From contig DAOWCY010000005.1 in NCBI GenBank assembly GCA_030639305.1, forward strand, positions 1,789 to 65,788: 64,000 nucleotides of DNA. The letters run 5' to 3'. The position numbers and the translations under genes were made by a program. Positions 26,277 through 37,592 of the stretch are shown here, in pieces. Source of the DNA: Candidatus Aminicenantes bacterium (GTDB taxonomy: Bacteria > Acidobacteriota > Aminicenantia > UBA2199). Each line of letters starts with the position of its first letter. Position 1 is the stretch's first letter. The notes beneath the pieces are model-generated. The model had not been told where the DNA came from, searched no databases, and saw only the letters and a list, made by a program, of their open reading frames with translations.

Positions 26277-28520
26277 TTACATGCGCAGCGCATAACCGAT
26301 CTTAATGAATGCGGTGCGGTTATTCTGGGTGAGGGTGATCCCCTGGAAGCCGAAATAGTCGTCGGAGTAACCGATGAACAATACAGTGCGAGGATTGATT
26401 TTATAAGAAAAAAGAATTTGAGAAAATAGGTGGTTGTATTTTGGATTAAGGGCAAAAGGATAAAGCGCGGCATTAAACCTCTGGTCTATATATTGGAACA
26501 TGGTGCGCAGGAAAAAACGCTTGTTGAATTGATAAACCAATCTCAAATTGGTTAGATTGGCTTTGTACAACCGGCCGCCTTCTACTTTTAGCGTTTCATA
26601 AGTATGCCCGAAATCAAAAAGGAAACGCGAACCGAATCGTACCTGCATGGCAGGACGCAGGTTGAAAATTTTACCGGGCTGCACATTGGTGAAGTCTATC
26701 TGGTCGCCGAACTTTCCAAAAACGGCAAAGACAAAAGACCTGGAAGGCTGAAACCCGATATTGTAAAGAATTACGTTATTGTCGAACTCTATACCCAGGT
26801 AGGTCTTTTTCCCCAGGTAAGTTTCCATGTTTAAAAAGGACTGCAGCGGGCCGGCATAGTTAAACCTGATGATGAATTGCTCGAATAACAAATTTCCGCC
26901 GGTGTTTTTTTCCAGTTGATAGGTGCCGCTGAAATTCATCTGGGTGAACCAATGCCCGGGATTACGAAACCACCTGTGCCCCAAACCTAAACTCAAGTGG
27001 CGATAATCCACCTGGGGCATGAATCCTAAGTCGGCTCTAAAATTTTGCGTGATATGCTGATAGTCCACATGCCAATGAAAAGTCCTGCTCACATGAGTGT
27101 AGAGGACATCCAGGGCGCTGCCCCAAAAATTGCCGTCCGGCTGGTTGTAGGCTGTGACGATACTGCCGGGGTAGCGGGTTTGGGAACCGAGAAATTGAAA
27201 CAATACCCGGTCTTTGGTCGATAGCCTCAGGTTACCGTCTATACCGGCGACACGGTTAAAATACTCTTCTCCCTCACGGTCGGTTACCAACACGCCGATA
27301 TTGGATGCTTTCCCTATATCCCGGCGATAGCGCAGCACGGTGCCCAGTGTGCTCATATCCGGGAACGCCCAGGTGGACCCCTGGCTGCTGGGGATCAGGA
27401 TATTGGTTAAATTGTCGTGTACGGAAAAGAAACCGATGCCGTGAACGCCTTCTTGCCCGGTCAGCTTGATGCCGCCGTTGGGGTCTGCCAGGGCCCGGGT
27501 GTAAACGGCCTGGTACCGGGTATTGAACAGGGTTCCCCCTTCCAGGAAAAAGGGGCGTTTTTCCGGGTAAAAGAGGGCAAATTGCTTATTTATATCTAAC
27601 TGGGCGATGTCCGCCTCTACATTGGAGAAATCGGGATTCACGGTGCCGGACAGGGTCAGGTTGGGGGTAATGCTCCAATTGGCGGTAATCCCCGGTTCTA
27701 ATTTGCTGTCTTTTTCGACAAATTCACCGCCCGGGAAATTTTCCCGTTCCTGGGTTAAATGGGCCGCTAAGGTGGGAGTCAGTTCCAGGTTCTTAGACCG
27801 GACTACTCCGCTGAAGCCCACAAGCTTTTCCGCCTGGCACATGTAACAGTTGTTATTCCTGTCCCGGGGAAAAAAACCGATATAATGGGCGACGTTTCGC
27901 GGGTAAGCGCGTATCAAATCGAAACTCCATACTTGTTCTCCTTTTTTATGCTGGAAACGCAGCGAACTAAAAGGTATCGCTTTTTCTACCACATAGCCCC
28001 AGTCGGTGATTTTCCCGGCGGACTTCCAGATGGCGTCCCATTCGGCGCCGCCCCCGGAGTCGCTTTCGATAAGGTCCTTCTGGACGCCCAGGGGGTTACA
28101 AAAAAAGATGTAGCGCCGCTGGTTGTCGCTAAAAGTATCCAGTACTATGGCGACGAAGTCGTCTCCCTGGATATTATCCCGGTCCGTTATCCGCGCCCTG
28201 ATAGCCGTCGGGTCGGGGTCATAGGCGCGGTAGGCCACCAGTAGATGCGTTTTGTTATAAGCCAGCAGGGCTTGCGTCCGCACCGGGGGGGGGATGCTGT
28301 CACCGGGGATAACTTCATATTTGAGCTCCAGTACCAGGGCTTCTTTCCACACATCTTCATCCAGGACACCGTCCAGGCGAATTCCCGAGGTCACTTTCGG
28401 GATGCGGTGGGGTTTCTTTTCAGTTTCCTGTGCGGCAAAGGCTGCCGCGGTCATGAGTATAAATACTCCCAATAAAACCAGACAAAATAATTTTTTACAT
28501 TTTTCCATAGAATTATTCAC
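26277..28520 (-). CDS. Signal-peptide protein with an N-terminal CBM9-like domain and a large DUF5916-like beta-rich body. Probably outer membrane or periplasmic.
   Basis: Signal peptide MEKCKKLFCLVLLGVFILMTAAAFAA. N-terminal IPKVTSGIRLDGVLDEDVWKEA (CBM9-like). Long beta-rich C-terminal region. Confidence 0.5.
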   Translation of the reverse strand: MNNSMEKCKKLFCLVLLGVFILMTAAAFAAQETEKKPHRIPKVTSGIRLDGVLDEDVWKEALVLELKYEVIPGDSIPPPVRTQALLAYNKTHLLVAYRAYDPDPTAIRARITDRDNIQGDDFVAIVLDTFSDNQRRYIFFCNPLGVQKDLIESDSGGGAEWDAIWKSAGKITDWGYVVEKAIPFSSLRFQHKKGEQVWSFDLIRAYPRNVAHYIGFFPRDRNNNCYMCQAEKLVGFSGVVRSKNLELTPTLAAHLTQERENFPGGEFVEKDSKLEPGITANWSITPNLTLSGTVNPDFSNVEADIAQLDINKQFALFYPEKRPFFLEGGTLFNTRYQAVYTRALADPNGGIKLTGQEGVHGIGFFSVHDNLTNILIPSSQGSTWAFPDMSTLGTVLRYRRDIGKASNIGVLVTDREGEEYFNRVAGIDGNLRLSTKDRVLFQFLGSQTRYPGSIVTAYNQPDGNFWGSALDVLYTHVSRTFHWHVDYQHITQNFRADLGFMPQVDYRHLSLGLGHRWFRNPGHWFTQMNFSGTYQLEKNTGGNLLFEQFIIRFNYAGPLQSFLNMETYLGKKTYLGIEFDNNVILYNIGFQPSRSFVFAVFGKFGDQIDFTNVQPGKIFNLRPAMQVRFGSRFLFDFGHTYETLKVEGGRLYKANLTNLRLVYQFNKRFFLRTMFQYIDQRFNAALYPFALNPKYNHLFSQILFSYKINPRTVLFIGYSDDYFGFQGITLTQNNRTAFIKIGYALRM

Positions 28521-28596
28521 TCCTGTTTAGTCTTTTATATATTTAAGAATAAGCAAAAACGCCTATTATCAAAGATTTGTAGAGATTCCCGGCCAT

Positions 28597-31500
28597 TTAC
28601 CGGGTCAATTTGAGGGTGCGGCTGTCTTCGATGATATCTATTTTTCCCATATCCATTTTGATGACCCGGTCGGCCGCGTCGAAATAGTGGTCGTCATGGG
28701 TAATAGCGATTACTATTTTTCCTTCTTCTTTCATTCTCTGCAGCAGTTCGCGATAGAAAAAACGCCGGAACCCCGGGTCCTGGTCGGCTGCCACTTCATC
28801 GAACAGGTAAATGGGAGAGTCTTCCAAATAACACTGCATCAAGGCCAGGCGTTTCCTTTGCCCGCCTGAAAGTTCGATGGTGCTGAACTCATTATCTTCG
28901 AGCACAACTTTTTCTTGCAGGCGTAACATTTCCAGGTAATCATCGATTTCCTCTTCCCTGCCGGTTAGGTCTACGTTGTAGAGTTTCGCGAAAAGGTGGA
29001 AATCCCCGAATACTACGGAATAATGCTCGCCCAGGCGGAAATTATCGACTGCTTTGCCGTTGATTTCGATGCTGCCTTCGTCGGGGTGATACAGGCCGGT
29101 CAGCAGTTTCGCCAGGGTGGTTTTGCCGCTGCCGTTGCCGCCGATGATAAACACGATTTCACCTTTTCGGGCTTCGAAATCCATGGGGCCTACGGTGAAT
29201 TTTTCCACGTCGTCAACCGCGTCGTAGGTGAATTTTAATCCTTTGGCGCTGATGGTTTCCACGGACCGGGGTTTCTCGTGGTCCATGCCCTCTAAGACTT
29301 TAGGATCGATATTGGCCGGTATATCCCGTTTGAATCCCCTGATACGGTTCCAGGCTACGCGCATGCGCATAATGGCGGGGATGGCGTTCAACATGGCGTT
29401 GATGGGCCCGATTAGGAAGAGAAGCACCATGATAAAGGCCATCAGGGTGACTGGGGTGATGTTGGGGAATAACCGCGGGATACCGTAGCCTACGGCTCCC
29501 AGGACGATAATAAGCAGCGATTCGCCGATAAGAAAGGCGTTAACAAATTTGATCAGCGCGGTGCTCAATTTTTTACGGAAATCGTCGCAGGCGCGGGCAA
29601 CGTCGTTCCTATATTCTCTTTTCTTGTGGAATTGCAGGCTCAGTTCTTTGAAGCCGTCGATCATGCCGTTCAACAATCCCATGTAGATGTTCTGGGTATC
29701 CCTGGCTTCTTCGAAATATATCTGGGTACGGTGAGTTACGATGGTGTAGACAGTGGCGATCACTCCCACCACCAGCAGGGTAACGGCTGTGGCCCAAAAC
29801 GCGATGGTGGCCAGGAAAAAAAAAGCGCCCATGGTGGTAACGGCGCTGGTAACCAATTGTACCAGGATGTTGGCGGAGTTACCGATTTGCCCGGTATCGT
29901 CGTTCAACGTGGCAAAAACGCGACCTCTCTGGATTTTTTCAAATTTTTGGTAGGTGGTATAGAAGACTTTTTCCAGCAGGTCCAACCTCATGTCGTATAT
30001 AAGGTCGAAGGTAATGCGGATAAGTTTGGTTTGCAGTAATTTGCGGCCGGTTATATAGATGCAAAAAGCGAGACCGAAATTATACAATTGATAAAAGAGC
30101 CCGGCTTCGCTGAATACCGACCGGGTAACCAGGAAAATGACTGCCGCATTTGCTACACCGGCCAATAAGCTGAGTAGCAATACGAAAGGCAGGACCCGGA
30201 TATATTTGTTACGGTGAGGAAACAGGCCGGTGAGGATCGAGGTAAGATACCCGGCTGCCAGGGCAGTGAGAACAGCCGCGATGGCGACAGTGAAACTGAC
30301 GGGAGAAAACACCATGGCCGTGCGCATGGAGACGCCGGCTAAGGTTTTGGGTACGAAATAGAGGCCCAACAGGAAGGGGGCAAAAGCCGGGAGCGTTAGA
30401 AGCGCTTTGAATATTTTTTTCAAGGTAGGCGGGGCAAAGGTGCGTTTACCTCTAACTATGTCGATAAATACGGACACCCAGAAAACCACCACGGCCAGCA
30501 AAAACAATCCTATCATAATGGCTACGATAGAGCTGCCGTTATCGAGATCGTCACCCTGCAAATCGGGTTCCCGGAAGCCTCTTCCCCCGACATAACTCAT
30601 CAAACTTTCGGCAATAAAAGGGGTGAGAGCGCTGCTGCTGTTGGTCAGGACCGCCACCCCGGTTTTTTCCACCGGGTTAAGGATTATAAAACCGGTAAAA
30701 TTGGGATTATTACCGGCGTGATCGATGCGTTTCTCCCGCTCTAAGTAGATGTTCCAGCCGTAACCGTAAGCAGAAAGAGTGCGCCGGTTAAAATGCATGC
30801 TGTCATCCATGCGGTGGGATTTTTCTACCAGGGGGGCCAATCCCGTTTCTATTAGGCCCAGTTGTATCCGCAGCCAGCGGGCCATATCCACGCCGTTGGA
30901 TAAGATATACCCGGCTGCGTTGTTACCGCGGTATACCGGGGCGTCGCAGCGGCGCGCGGCAAAAAAGCCCGTTTTATAACCGGCGGCCATGTGCCCCGGT
31001 GGGTTTTCTTTGTCTACGCCCACCAGGGTGTTCGACAGCCCGGCGGGAGCCAGGATATTTTTTTCCATATAGTTTTCGAAACTCTTTTCCGTGACGGTTT
31101 CGATGACGAAGGCCACTACATCGTAATTGATAGTCGCATATTCGAAGCGTTGACCCGGTTTACTTTTCAATTCGATTCCCGATAATGCGCGGATTGTCTG
31201 CTGCAAGGCATCCGCGTCCGCGCTTTCGGGGATCAAAGAGATACTGCCGAAAGGAATGCCGCTGGTATGGTTTAAACAGTGTTTCAGCGTGACGTCCCGG
31301 TTTTTTTTGCCTTCGAATAGGGCGTAAAACCAGGGTAAATAGCGGTTTACCGGGGCGTCGAGATCGATAAGGCCCTGCTCTGCACAGTGCAGCGCGGCCA
31401 GCCCGGTAAAGGCTTTACTGCAGGATGCCAGTTCGAAAACCGTATTCGCGCTAACCGGTATTTTGTTTTCCCGGTCGGCATAACCATAACCTTTTATGAA

Positions 31501-31702
31501 CGGTTCTTCTTTCCCTTTGACGATAATAAGGCTCAATCCCGGGATAAGACCGTCTTTCATTAAGGAAAGTATTTCCCTGTCGATTTTTTCATAAAAATCT
31601 CCCGGTTTTTCTTCTTTTTCCCGGGAAACGGACGGTAGGCTGAACATAAACAGCACTACCAGAAACAATAAAATAGGGACATTGGATATTTTTGTTTTCA
31701 TT
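28597..31702 (-). CDS. Fusion of a ClbP/ZmaM-like S12 (beta-lactamase-fold) serine peptidase with a SyrD-type ABC exporter (permease plus ATPase).
   Basis: Start reassigned to the ATG at 31702 (RBS AAGGAG; MKTKISNVPILLFLVVLF signal), because the longer ORF start lies inside the repeat element. SxxK motif ASCSKAF and Y-x-N motif YATINYD. Multiple TM helices. Walker A GGNGSGKTT, LSGGQRKRLAL and LFDEVAADQDP (a cyclic-peptide-exporter hallmark). Confidence 0.7.
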
Positions 31703-31739
31703 ATATTGCTTAACTCCTTATAATTTTTTTTCTCTTTTT

Positions 31740-31925
31740 GCCTCCGGCGGCCCCACGCGCGTGGGGAGGCGTTAAGCCGCTTCGCGGCAGGACCCTGCCG
31801 GGGGCCAAACTTTTGAAAAAGTTTGATCAAAACTTTTGTTTATTTAGAATCAAAAGCGCTCACACGCTGCCTCTGCGGCGAAGCCGCTTATACCCTGCCC
31901 ACGTGGTGGGCTTTAAAATCCAAAG
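31740..31925. repeat. Copy of the GC-hairpin/REP-like repeat family (hairpin + GAGGCGTTAAGCCGCTTCGCGGCAGGACCC + inverted GATC-palindrome module + further hairpins).
   Basis: CCCCACGCGCGTGGGGAGGCGTTAAGCCGCTTCGCGGCAGG matches 3029-3076 and 3123-3171. GGGGGCCAAACTTTTGAAAAAGTTTGATCAAAACTTTTG is the reverse complement of 1151-1200 and 3208-3250. Confidence 0.5.
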
Positions 31926-31955
31926 CGCTTCTCATCTTCTTCCAATGCGGCGGGC

Positions 31956-34900
31956 TTATTTTTTTCGTTTTTCCTTTTTGACCGCGGTTTCTTCCGGCAA
32001 ATGCTCTTTGAACACCTCTGCTAAACGTTCTACCTGGGGATACTGGAATAAATTGTTGTGATCCCCGGGAATTTCGACCAGGGTAAACTTGCCTAATGTC
32101 ATTTTCTTCATTTCCTCTTCGATAACCAGGAAATGGGTTTCCCTGGCTTTTATGTTTAATATCGGCGCTTTTACGATTCCCGTGGTTCTTTTATAGGCGG
32201 AACCGAGCCAGTACCTGCGGTTTATTTTGTGAACATTCATTTTGGCTCTTATTCTTAATTTTTCGGGGGCTATTTCCCTACCCGGTTTTTTTTCGCTTTC
32301 GACGGCCCCGTTTTCTTCCCCGGCCGTCTCCCCTTCCCCGCCGGAGCCTGCGGCTGCCAAACTTTCTTCTTCATCCTGTAATTGCGCCTCACGGATTTTC
32401 TTATCCTTTCTTTTCTTAAAAGGGTCCAATATCATATTAAAGGGTTTTAATATAAAATCGATAATCCTGGCCTGGCGGTAATAACTGACCACATGGGGCG
32501 GTATAAAAGCAATATCATCCATCATAATGAATTTTTCCACTTTCTTGTTTTTGTCTTCCAGGCGCTTGATTAGGTAGTACCCGATCATGTCGCCGAAACA
32601 ATGACCGCTGATGATATAAGGCCCTTCCTCCTGGATCGTTAAAATCTCCCGGATGTAATTATCTACCAGCTCATCCATGGTTTCGGGCATTTTCGTCTCT
32701 TTGAGCATACCCTTTGCCTGGATGCCGAACACATTAAAGCGCCCTTCCAGTAACCTGGCCAGTTCCCTGTACTGGGCCACCATGCCGTGGAGCGGGTGTA
32801 GAATGAATATATTCCTGCGGTGCACTCCCCGGTTTAACCTGACAACACATTCCAGTTTGTTGAGCAGGGTTTCTTCATGGATGTTAGCCGCCATTTCCCT
32901 GATATTGGGATAGAGCATCATGTTACTTAAAGAAATGGTATAATTCATCTCCTTTTTTATCAGCCCTATCAAACTCAACAACCTCAGGGAATCACCACCC
33001 AATTCATAAAAATCATCGAGCACACCGATTTGCCCGACACCGAAAAAATCCTGCCAGATGCGTGCCAGCTTCTCTTCTATTTCTCCCCGGGGTTCGACAT
33101 ACCCGGCGCTTAAACCGGGACGCTGCCTCAAATTCGCCCGGGAAGCCCGCCGCCCTGCGGCGGCTTCGTTCTCCTGTGCGGCGGCAGGCGGCGCGAACTG
33201 CTGCCGTATCAGGACATTTAAGTCGTATGGCGAAACCGTTACCCGGTGCTGTTCCGAGGCCAATATCCGGCAGAAGGCGTCCACACCTTCCGCGGGGAAA
33301 ACGCCGTTATTGAGCATGGCGTTATAATCGACTTCCCCGCTGTCTTTTTTGTGGTATTCTTGCAGGGAGCGGATGGACATGCCTACATCCCACCAGTCAC
33401 ACCAGTTGATAGAAAAGGTTTGCGGTCCACCTTTCACCGAACTGCGTTGGGCATAGGCTTCGATAAATTCATTGGCCGCGTTGTAGCTCACCTGGCCGAA
33501 TTTACTGCGGTACAGCACGCTGCCGGTAGAAGAGAAAAGAGAGAGAAAATCGAGGTTTTTGTTTTTAAAAATATGTGCCAGTACCAGGGTGCCTTCCATT
33601 TTGGAGGCCATATATTTATGGGTAATTTCCCGGGTTCGTTTCCGGATAATTCCGCCGTAGTCGATCACACCGGCTGTATGAATGACGCCGTTTATTGGCC
33701 CGAAACGCTGCTCCGCCCGTTCGACCACCTGCCGCATCTGCTCCAGGTCCGCGGTGTCGGCCGCGGCGGTTATCACTTCCGCGCCCTGCTCTTCGAGTTT
33801 TAGGACACCGCGAATTTTAACCGCGGCGCTGTCTTCTTTTTCCAGGGTTTTCAACTGCTCCGGCCAGGTTTCACGTTCCGGGAGAGCAGTGCGCCCGGTT
33901 AGGATCAACCGGGCTTTGTAGGTACCGGCCAGGTGCTCCGCTATGCTGGATCCCATTCCGCCAAATCCACCTATAATCAAATAAACTCCTTTTTCTTTCA
34001 GCCGCGTTTGCGAAGCCGCCGGCTTCTCCATTTTCTGTGCTTCGTAAACCCTTTCCCAGCGCTGTTTCTGGCGGTAAGCAATTTCGATGCCGGCAGTTAC
34101 CGGGATTTCGGTTTCCTGCAGCAGCAGGCTAAAAAGCCCGCTTTCTTCAGCGCTCCCGCCTGCCGGGGTCACGATATCGATACTGCGGCATTTTATGTTG
34201 GCGTATTCTAAGGGGATTATCTTTACCGCCCCGATCATGGCCGCTTTAGCCGGGTTCACCAACTCCCGGCCGGTGACGCAGCGCATGCCGTCCGTTACTA
34301 CGGTTATTACCATTTCATCGGGAATATCCCGGCTGCCTATGGCCTGAACGATGCTCAGCAGGCTGTACAACCCGGGTACCCGGAAACGGTCGAGATTCTC
34401 TAAATCCAGTTCTTCGTCCCGGCCGGTCACACCCCAGGCGTGGATAATTTCACCGGGCAAAGTCCCGGCCGCTTTTAATTCGCCGAAAAGAGTGTCGAAA
34501 TGGCTCTCCTGCCCGGGGTCTATTATATATCCGCTGCTGCCTCTTTTGGCAAATTGAGTCCCGGCTTCGACCGTCACGACACTGTGCCCCTGCCGCGTTA
34601 GAAACTCACCGAACCGGGCGCCGAAACCGCAGTCGTCGATAAACAGCAGCCAGTCGGTTTTCTTTTCCGTGCTGCCGGCTTCAACTTCCGGCAGGGCCGA
34701 TTCTTGCCACGCAGACAGGTAGTACCAATCTTCTATCCCGGATCTTTCCAGGGTATCGCGGGGTTGGGCCGCCAGCATCCGGGCCGCCAGGCTAAAAGGA
34801 TCGCCACCCGGGGAATAGCGTACCGGTTCGAAGGGGTAGCCGGGTAAAGGTATACGGCGCGGCGCCCGGCCTTCCCGGGTTTCATCCGCTTCATGGTAGC

Positions 34901-37592
34901 GGGCCCAATCGATTTCTTGCCCGTGCAGCCACAGCCGGCCGATCTTATCCCGGAAGAAATAGCCGTCCTTTTTTTCGTCCCCGGGGTGAGGCAGCAGGGC
35001 GGTGACATAGTGCCGCGGCGTTAGCTCTTGCTGCCGCGCAAATGTGAAAAGCGTTTTACCGGGACCTACTTCGACAAAAATCGCGTTCTCTTCTTTCAAC
35101 AATTCTTCGAGTCCCGCGGCAAAACGCACAGTGCCGCGGATGTGCCCGGCCCAGTATGCGGGGTCCTGCGCTTGAGCGGGAGTGATCCAGGTGCCGCTGA
35201 CATTGGAAACAAAGGGTAACTGAGGTTGGCCCGGTTTCATTTTTCCCACTGCCGCCGTAAATGTCTCCAGTATGGGGTCCATCATGGCGGAATGAAAGGC
35301 ATGGGAGGTTTTGAGGCGGCGGCTTGCCCTATCCTCTTTGCTCAATTCGGCGGCAAAGGCTTCTATGGCTTCGTGAGGCCCGGAAACCACACAGCGTCCG
35401 GGACTGTTTACCGCTGCCAGGGATAGGTTCTTTCCGGGGGTCAGCAGCGGGGCCAGTTCTTTTTCGCTTAGGGGTACACTCAACATCGATCCCGAAGGCA
35501 GCTCCTGCATCAATTTGCCGCGCAGGGCAACCAGCTCCAGGGCGTCTTCCAGGGAAAAAACACTGGCGAAACAGGCGGCGGCGTATTCGCCGATACTGTG
35601 GCCGATCATGGCGCCGGGCCGCATTCCCCAGGACATAAGCAATTTACCCAGGGCATATTCAAGGGCAAAAAGAACCGGCTGGGTGATATAAGTCCGGTTA
35701 ATGTCATGCGCGGATCGAGGCTTTGTACCCGGTTTTTTTTGATCGCCCGGCTCATCCGGGTAAAGAATGCTTTTGAAGTCCAGGTTAACCTGCTTTTTTA
35801 GGATATCGAAACAGTTGTCCATTTCGCGCCGGAACAGGGGTTCCTGTTCGTATAAATCCAGGCCCATGTTCACGTACTGGGAACCTTGGCCGGAAAACAT
35901 AAAAAAGAGCGGTTTTTTCTCTTCGCTGTTAATAGTAAAGGATGGAAGTTTGCCCGGTTCTTCGCGGTTCAATATTTCGGCTGCGTCTTCCGCGCAGGTA
36001 CAAACTATCATGCGCCTGTGGTTAAAGGCGGCCCGTCCAACCTGCAGCGTATAAGCGGCGTTGGCGATAGGAATCCCCTGGTTCTCTTCCAGGAAAACGG
36101 CCAAATTCCGCGTACTTCGATCCAGCGCAGCCGGGCTTTTGGCGGACAGTGGCAGCAGGTGATAGTATTTTTTTTGACTGTCTCCTTTTTTTGCCTCGCG
36201 CTGCGAGCTTGCCTCCGGCGGGCAGGGGGCGCTTTTTGAAAAAACTGCCCCCTGCACCCCCGCAAAAACTTCTGATAAACCAGTCCGGTCGGGGAACTCT
36301 TCTAAGATCACGTGCGCATTGGTGCCGCCGATCCCGAAAGAACTAACCCCGGCTCTCAGGGGGCTGCCGGTTTTCCAGGGCGCCAATTCAGCGGCGATAT
36401 AAAAAGGCGAATCTTCCAGTTCCAGTTTGGGGTTCGCTTTCGTAAAATGCACGGTGGGCGGGATTTTTCCTTCTTTTAACGCCAGCACCGCTTTGATAAA
36501 CCCGGCGATACCGGCAGCGGAATCCAGGTGCCCCACATTGGATTTTAAGGCGCTGATGCCGCAGAAATGCCGTTTGTCCGTATTAAAAGCCAGTTTCAGG
36601 GCGGCGATTTCCACCGGGTCGCCCAGGTTGGTGCCGGTGCCGTGAGCTTCGATATAACCGATACTCTCAGCTTCCACTTCGGCCAATTGCTGGGCCATTT
36701 TGATGACCTGCGCCTGACCTTCCACGCTGGGCGCGGTAAAGCCCACTTTGCGCAGGCCGTCGTTATTGATGGCGGAACCTTTTATGACCGCGTGGATATA
36801 ATCGCGGTCGTCCAGGGCGTCCTGCAGGCGTTTCAGCACCACTACAGCGGCGCCGTCTCCACCGACTATACCCTGCGCGTCGACGTCGAAAGCACGGCAG
36901 TGCCCGTCCGGGGACCGGATCATGCCTTCCTGGTAATAATACCCGCCTTTCCCGCTTTGCAGAACCGTTACACCCCCGGCCAGGGCGGTGTCGCACTCAC
37001 CGTTCAAGAGCGCCTGGCAGGCCAGGTGAACCGCTACCAAAGAAGTGGAACAGGCGGTATACATAAAAAAGCTCGGGCCTTTAAGATCGAGTTTGTAAGA
37101 TATTAAGCCGCACAGGAAATCTTTCTGCATCAGGTGACCGGCCCGGAAAAAACCGAGAGATTGGGCTTTCCCCGTCAGGTACGAATGAGCTTCCCAGTTG
37201 AAATTGGGCGAGGCCCCGGCATACAGGCCGATTAGCCCTTTGTAGGCGGCCGGGTCGCAGGCGGCGTTTTCCAGGGCGTTCCAGGCACATTCATGGAATA
37301 CCCGGGCCTGGGGATCCATCACTTCGGCTTCATCGGGGGTATAACCGAAAAATTCGGAATCGAAACATTCGCTGTCTTTCATAAGACCGGACGCTTTTAC
37401 GAAGTTAGGGTCTTTTAATTGCTCTTCGCTGTACCCGGCTTCCCGCAGTTCTTCGTCGCTAAAAAAAGAAATCGATTCTACGCCATTTAACAGGTTTTGC
37501 CGGAATTCATCTATATTAGCGGCGCCGGGGAACCTGCCGGACATGCCGGTAACGGCGATTTCCAACCCGGTGGAAGTGTCTATTTCGCTCAT
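31956..37592 (-). CDS. Type I PKS module KS-AT-KR-ACP-TE. The thioesterase carries Cys at the nucleophile position.
   Basis: KS active site YTACSTSLVAVHLAC. AT GHSIGEYAAAC. KR Rossmann GVYLIIGGFGGMGS plus YNAANEF. ACP LGGDSLRL. TE GHCFGD (G-x-C-x-G). The ATG overlaps the upstream stop (ATGA). Confidence 0.85.
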   Translation of the reverse strand: MSEIDTSTGLEIAVTGMSGRFPGAANIDEFRQNLLNGVESISFFSDEELREAGYSEEQLKDPNFVKASGLMKDSECFDSEFFGYTPDEAEVMDPQARVFHECAWNALENAACDPAAYKGLIGLYAGASPNFNWEAHSYLTGKAQSLGFFRAGHLMQKDFLCGLISYKLDLKGPSFFMYTACSTSLVAVHLACQALLNGECDTALAGGVTVLQSGKGGYYYQEGMIRSPDGHCRAFDVDAQGIVGGDGAAVVVLKRLQDALDDRDYIHAVIKGSAINNDGLRKVGFTAPSVEGQAQVIKMAQQLAEVEAESIGYIEAHGTGTNLGDPVEIAALKLAFNTDKRHFCGISALKSNVGHLDSAAGIAGFIKAVLALKEGKIPPTVHFTKANPKLELEDSPFYIAAELAPWKTGSPLRAGVSSFGIGGTNAHVILEEFPDRTGLSEVFAGVQGAVFSKSAPCPPEASSQREAKKGDSQKKYYHLLPLSAKSPAALDRSTRNLAVFLEENQGIPIANAAYTLQVGRAAFNHRRMIVCTCAEDAAEILNREEPGKLPSFTINSEEKKPLFFMFSGQGSQYVNMGLDLYEQEPLFRREMDNCFDILKKQVNLDFKSILYPDEPGDQKKPGTKPRSAHDINRTYITQPVLFALEYALGKLLMSWGMRPGAMIGHSIGEYAAACFASVFSLEDALELVALRGKLMQELPSGSMLSVPLSEKELAPLLTPGKNLSLAAVNSPGRCVVSGPHEAIEAFAAELSKEDRASRRLKTSHAFHSAMMDPILETFTAAVGKMKPGQPQLPFVSNVSGTWITPAQAQDPAYWAGHIRGTVRFAAGLEELLKEENAIFVEVGPGKTLFTFARQQELTPRHYVTALLPHPGDEKKDGYFFRDKIGRLWLHGQEIDWARYHEADETREGRAPRRIPLPGYPFEPVRYSPGGDPFSLAARMLAAQPRDTLERSGIEDWYYLSAWQESALPEVEAGSTEKKTDWLLFIDDCGFGARFGEFLTRQGHSVVTVEAGTQFAKRGSSGYIIDPGQESHFDTLFGELKAAGTLPGEIIHAWGVTGRDEELDLENLDRFRVPGLYSLLSIVQAIGSRDIPDEMVITVVTDGMRCVTGRELVNPAKAAMIGAVKIIPLEYANIKCRSIDIVTPAGGSAEESGLFSLLLQETEIPVTAGIEIAYRQKQRWERVYEAQKMEKPAASQTRLKEKGVYLIIGGFGGMGSSIAEHLAGTYKARLILTGRTALPERETWPEQLKTLEKEDSAAVKIRGVLKLEEQGAEVITAAADTADLEQMRQVVERAEQRFGPINGVIHTAGVIDYGGIIRKRTREITHKYMASKMEGTLVLAHIFKNKNLDFLSLFSSTGSVLYRSKFGQVSYNAANEFIEAYAQRSSVKGGPQTFSINWCDWWDVGMSIRSLQEYHKKDSGEVDYNAMLNNGVFPAEGVDAFCRILASEQHRVTVSPYDLNVLIRQQFAPPAAAQENEAAAGRRASRANLRQRPGLSAGYVEPRGEIEEKLARIWQDFFGVGQIGVLDDFYELGGDSLRLLSLIGLIKKEMNYTISLSNMMLYPNIREMAANIHEETLLNKLECVVRLNRGVHRRNIFILHPLHGMVAQYRELARLLEGRFNVFGIQAKGMLKETKMPETMDELVDNYIREILTIQEEGPYIISGHCFGDMIGYYLIKRLEDKNKKVEKFIMMDDIAFIPPHVVSYYRQARIIDFILKPFNMILDPFKKRKDKKIREAQLQDEEESLAAAGSGGEGETAGEENGAVESEKKPGREIAPEKLRIRAKMNVHKINRRYWLGSAYKRTTGIVKAPILNIKARETHFLVIEEEMKKMTLGKFTLVEIPGDHNNLFQYPQVERLAEVFKEHLPEETAVKKEKRKK

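Noticed and set aside
28597-31830. The longer ORF start at 31830 for the peptidase-ABC fusion.
   Set aside because: The first 43 codons are a translation of the REP-like repeat (KFGPRQGPAAKRLNASPRAWGRRRQ). The ATG at 31702 has an AAGGAG RBS and starts directly at a signal peptide.
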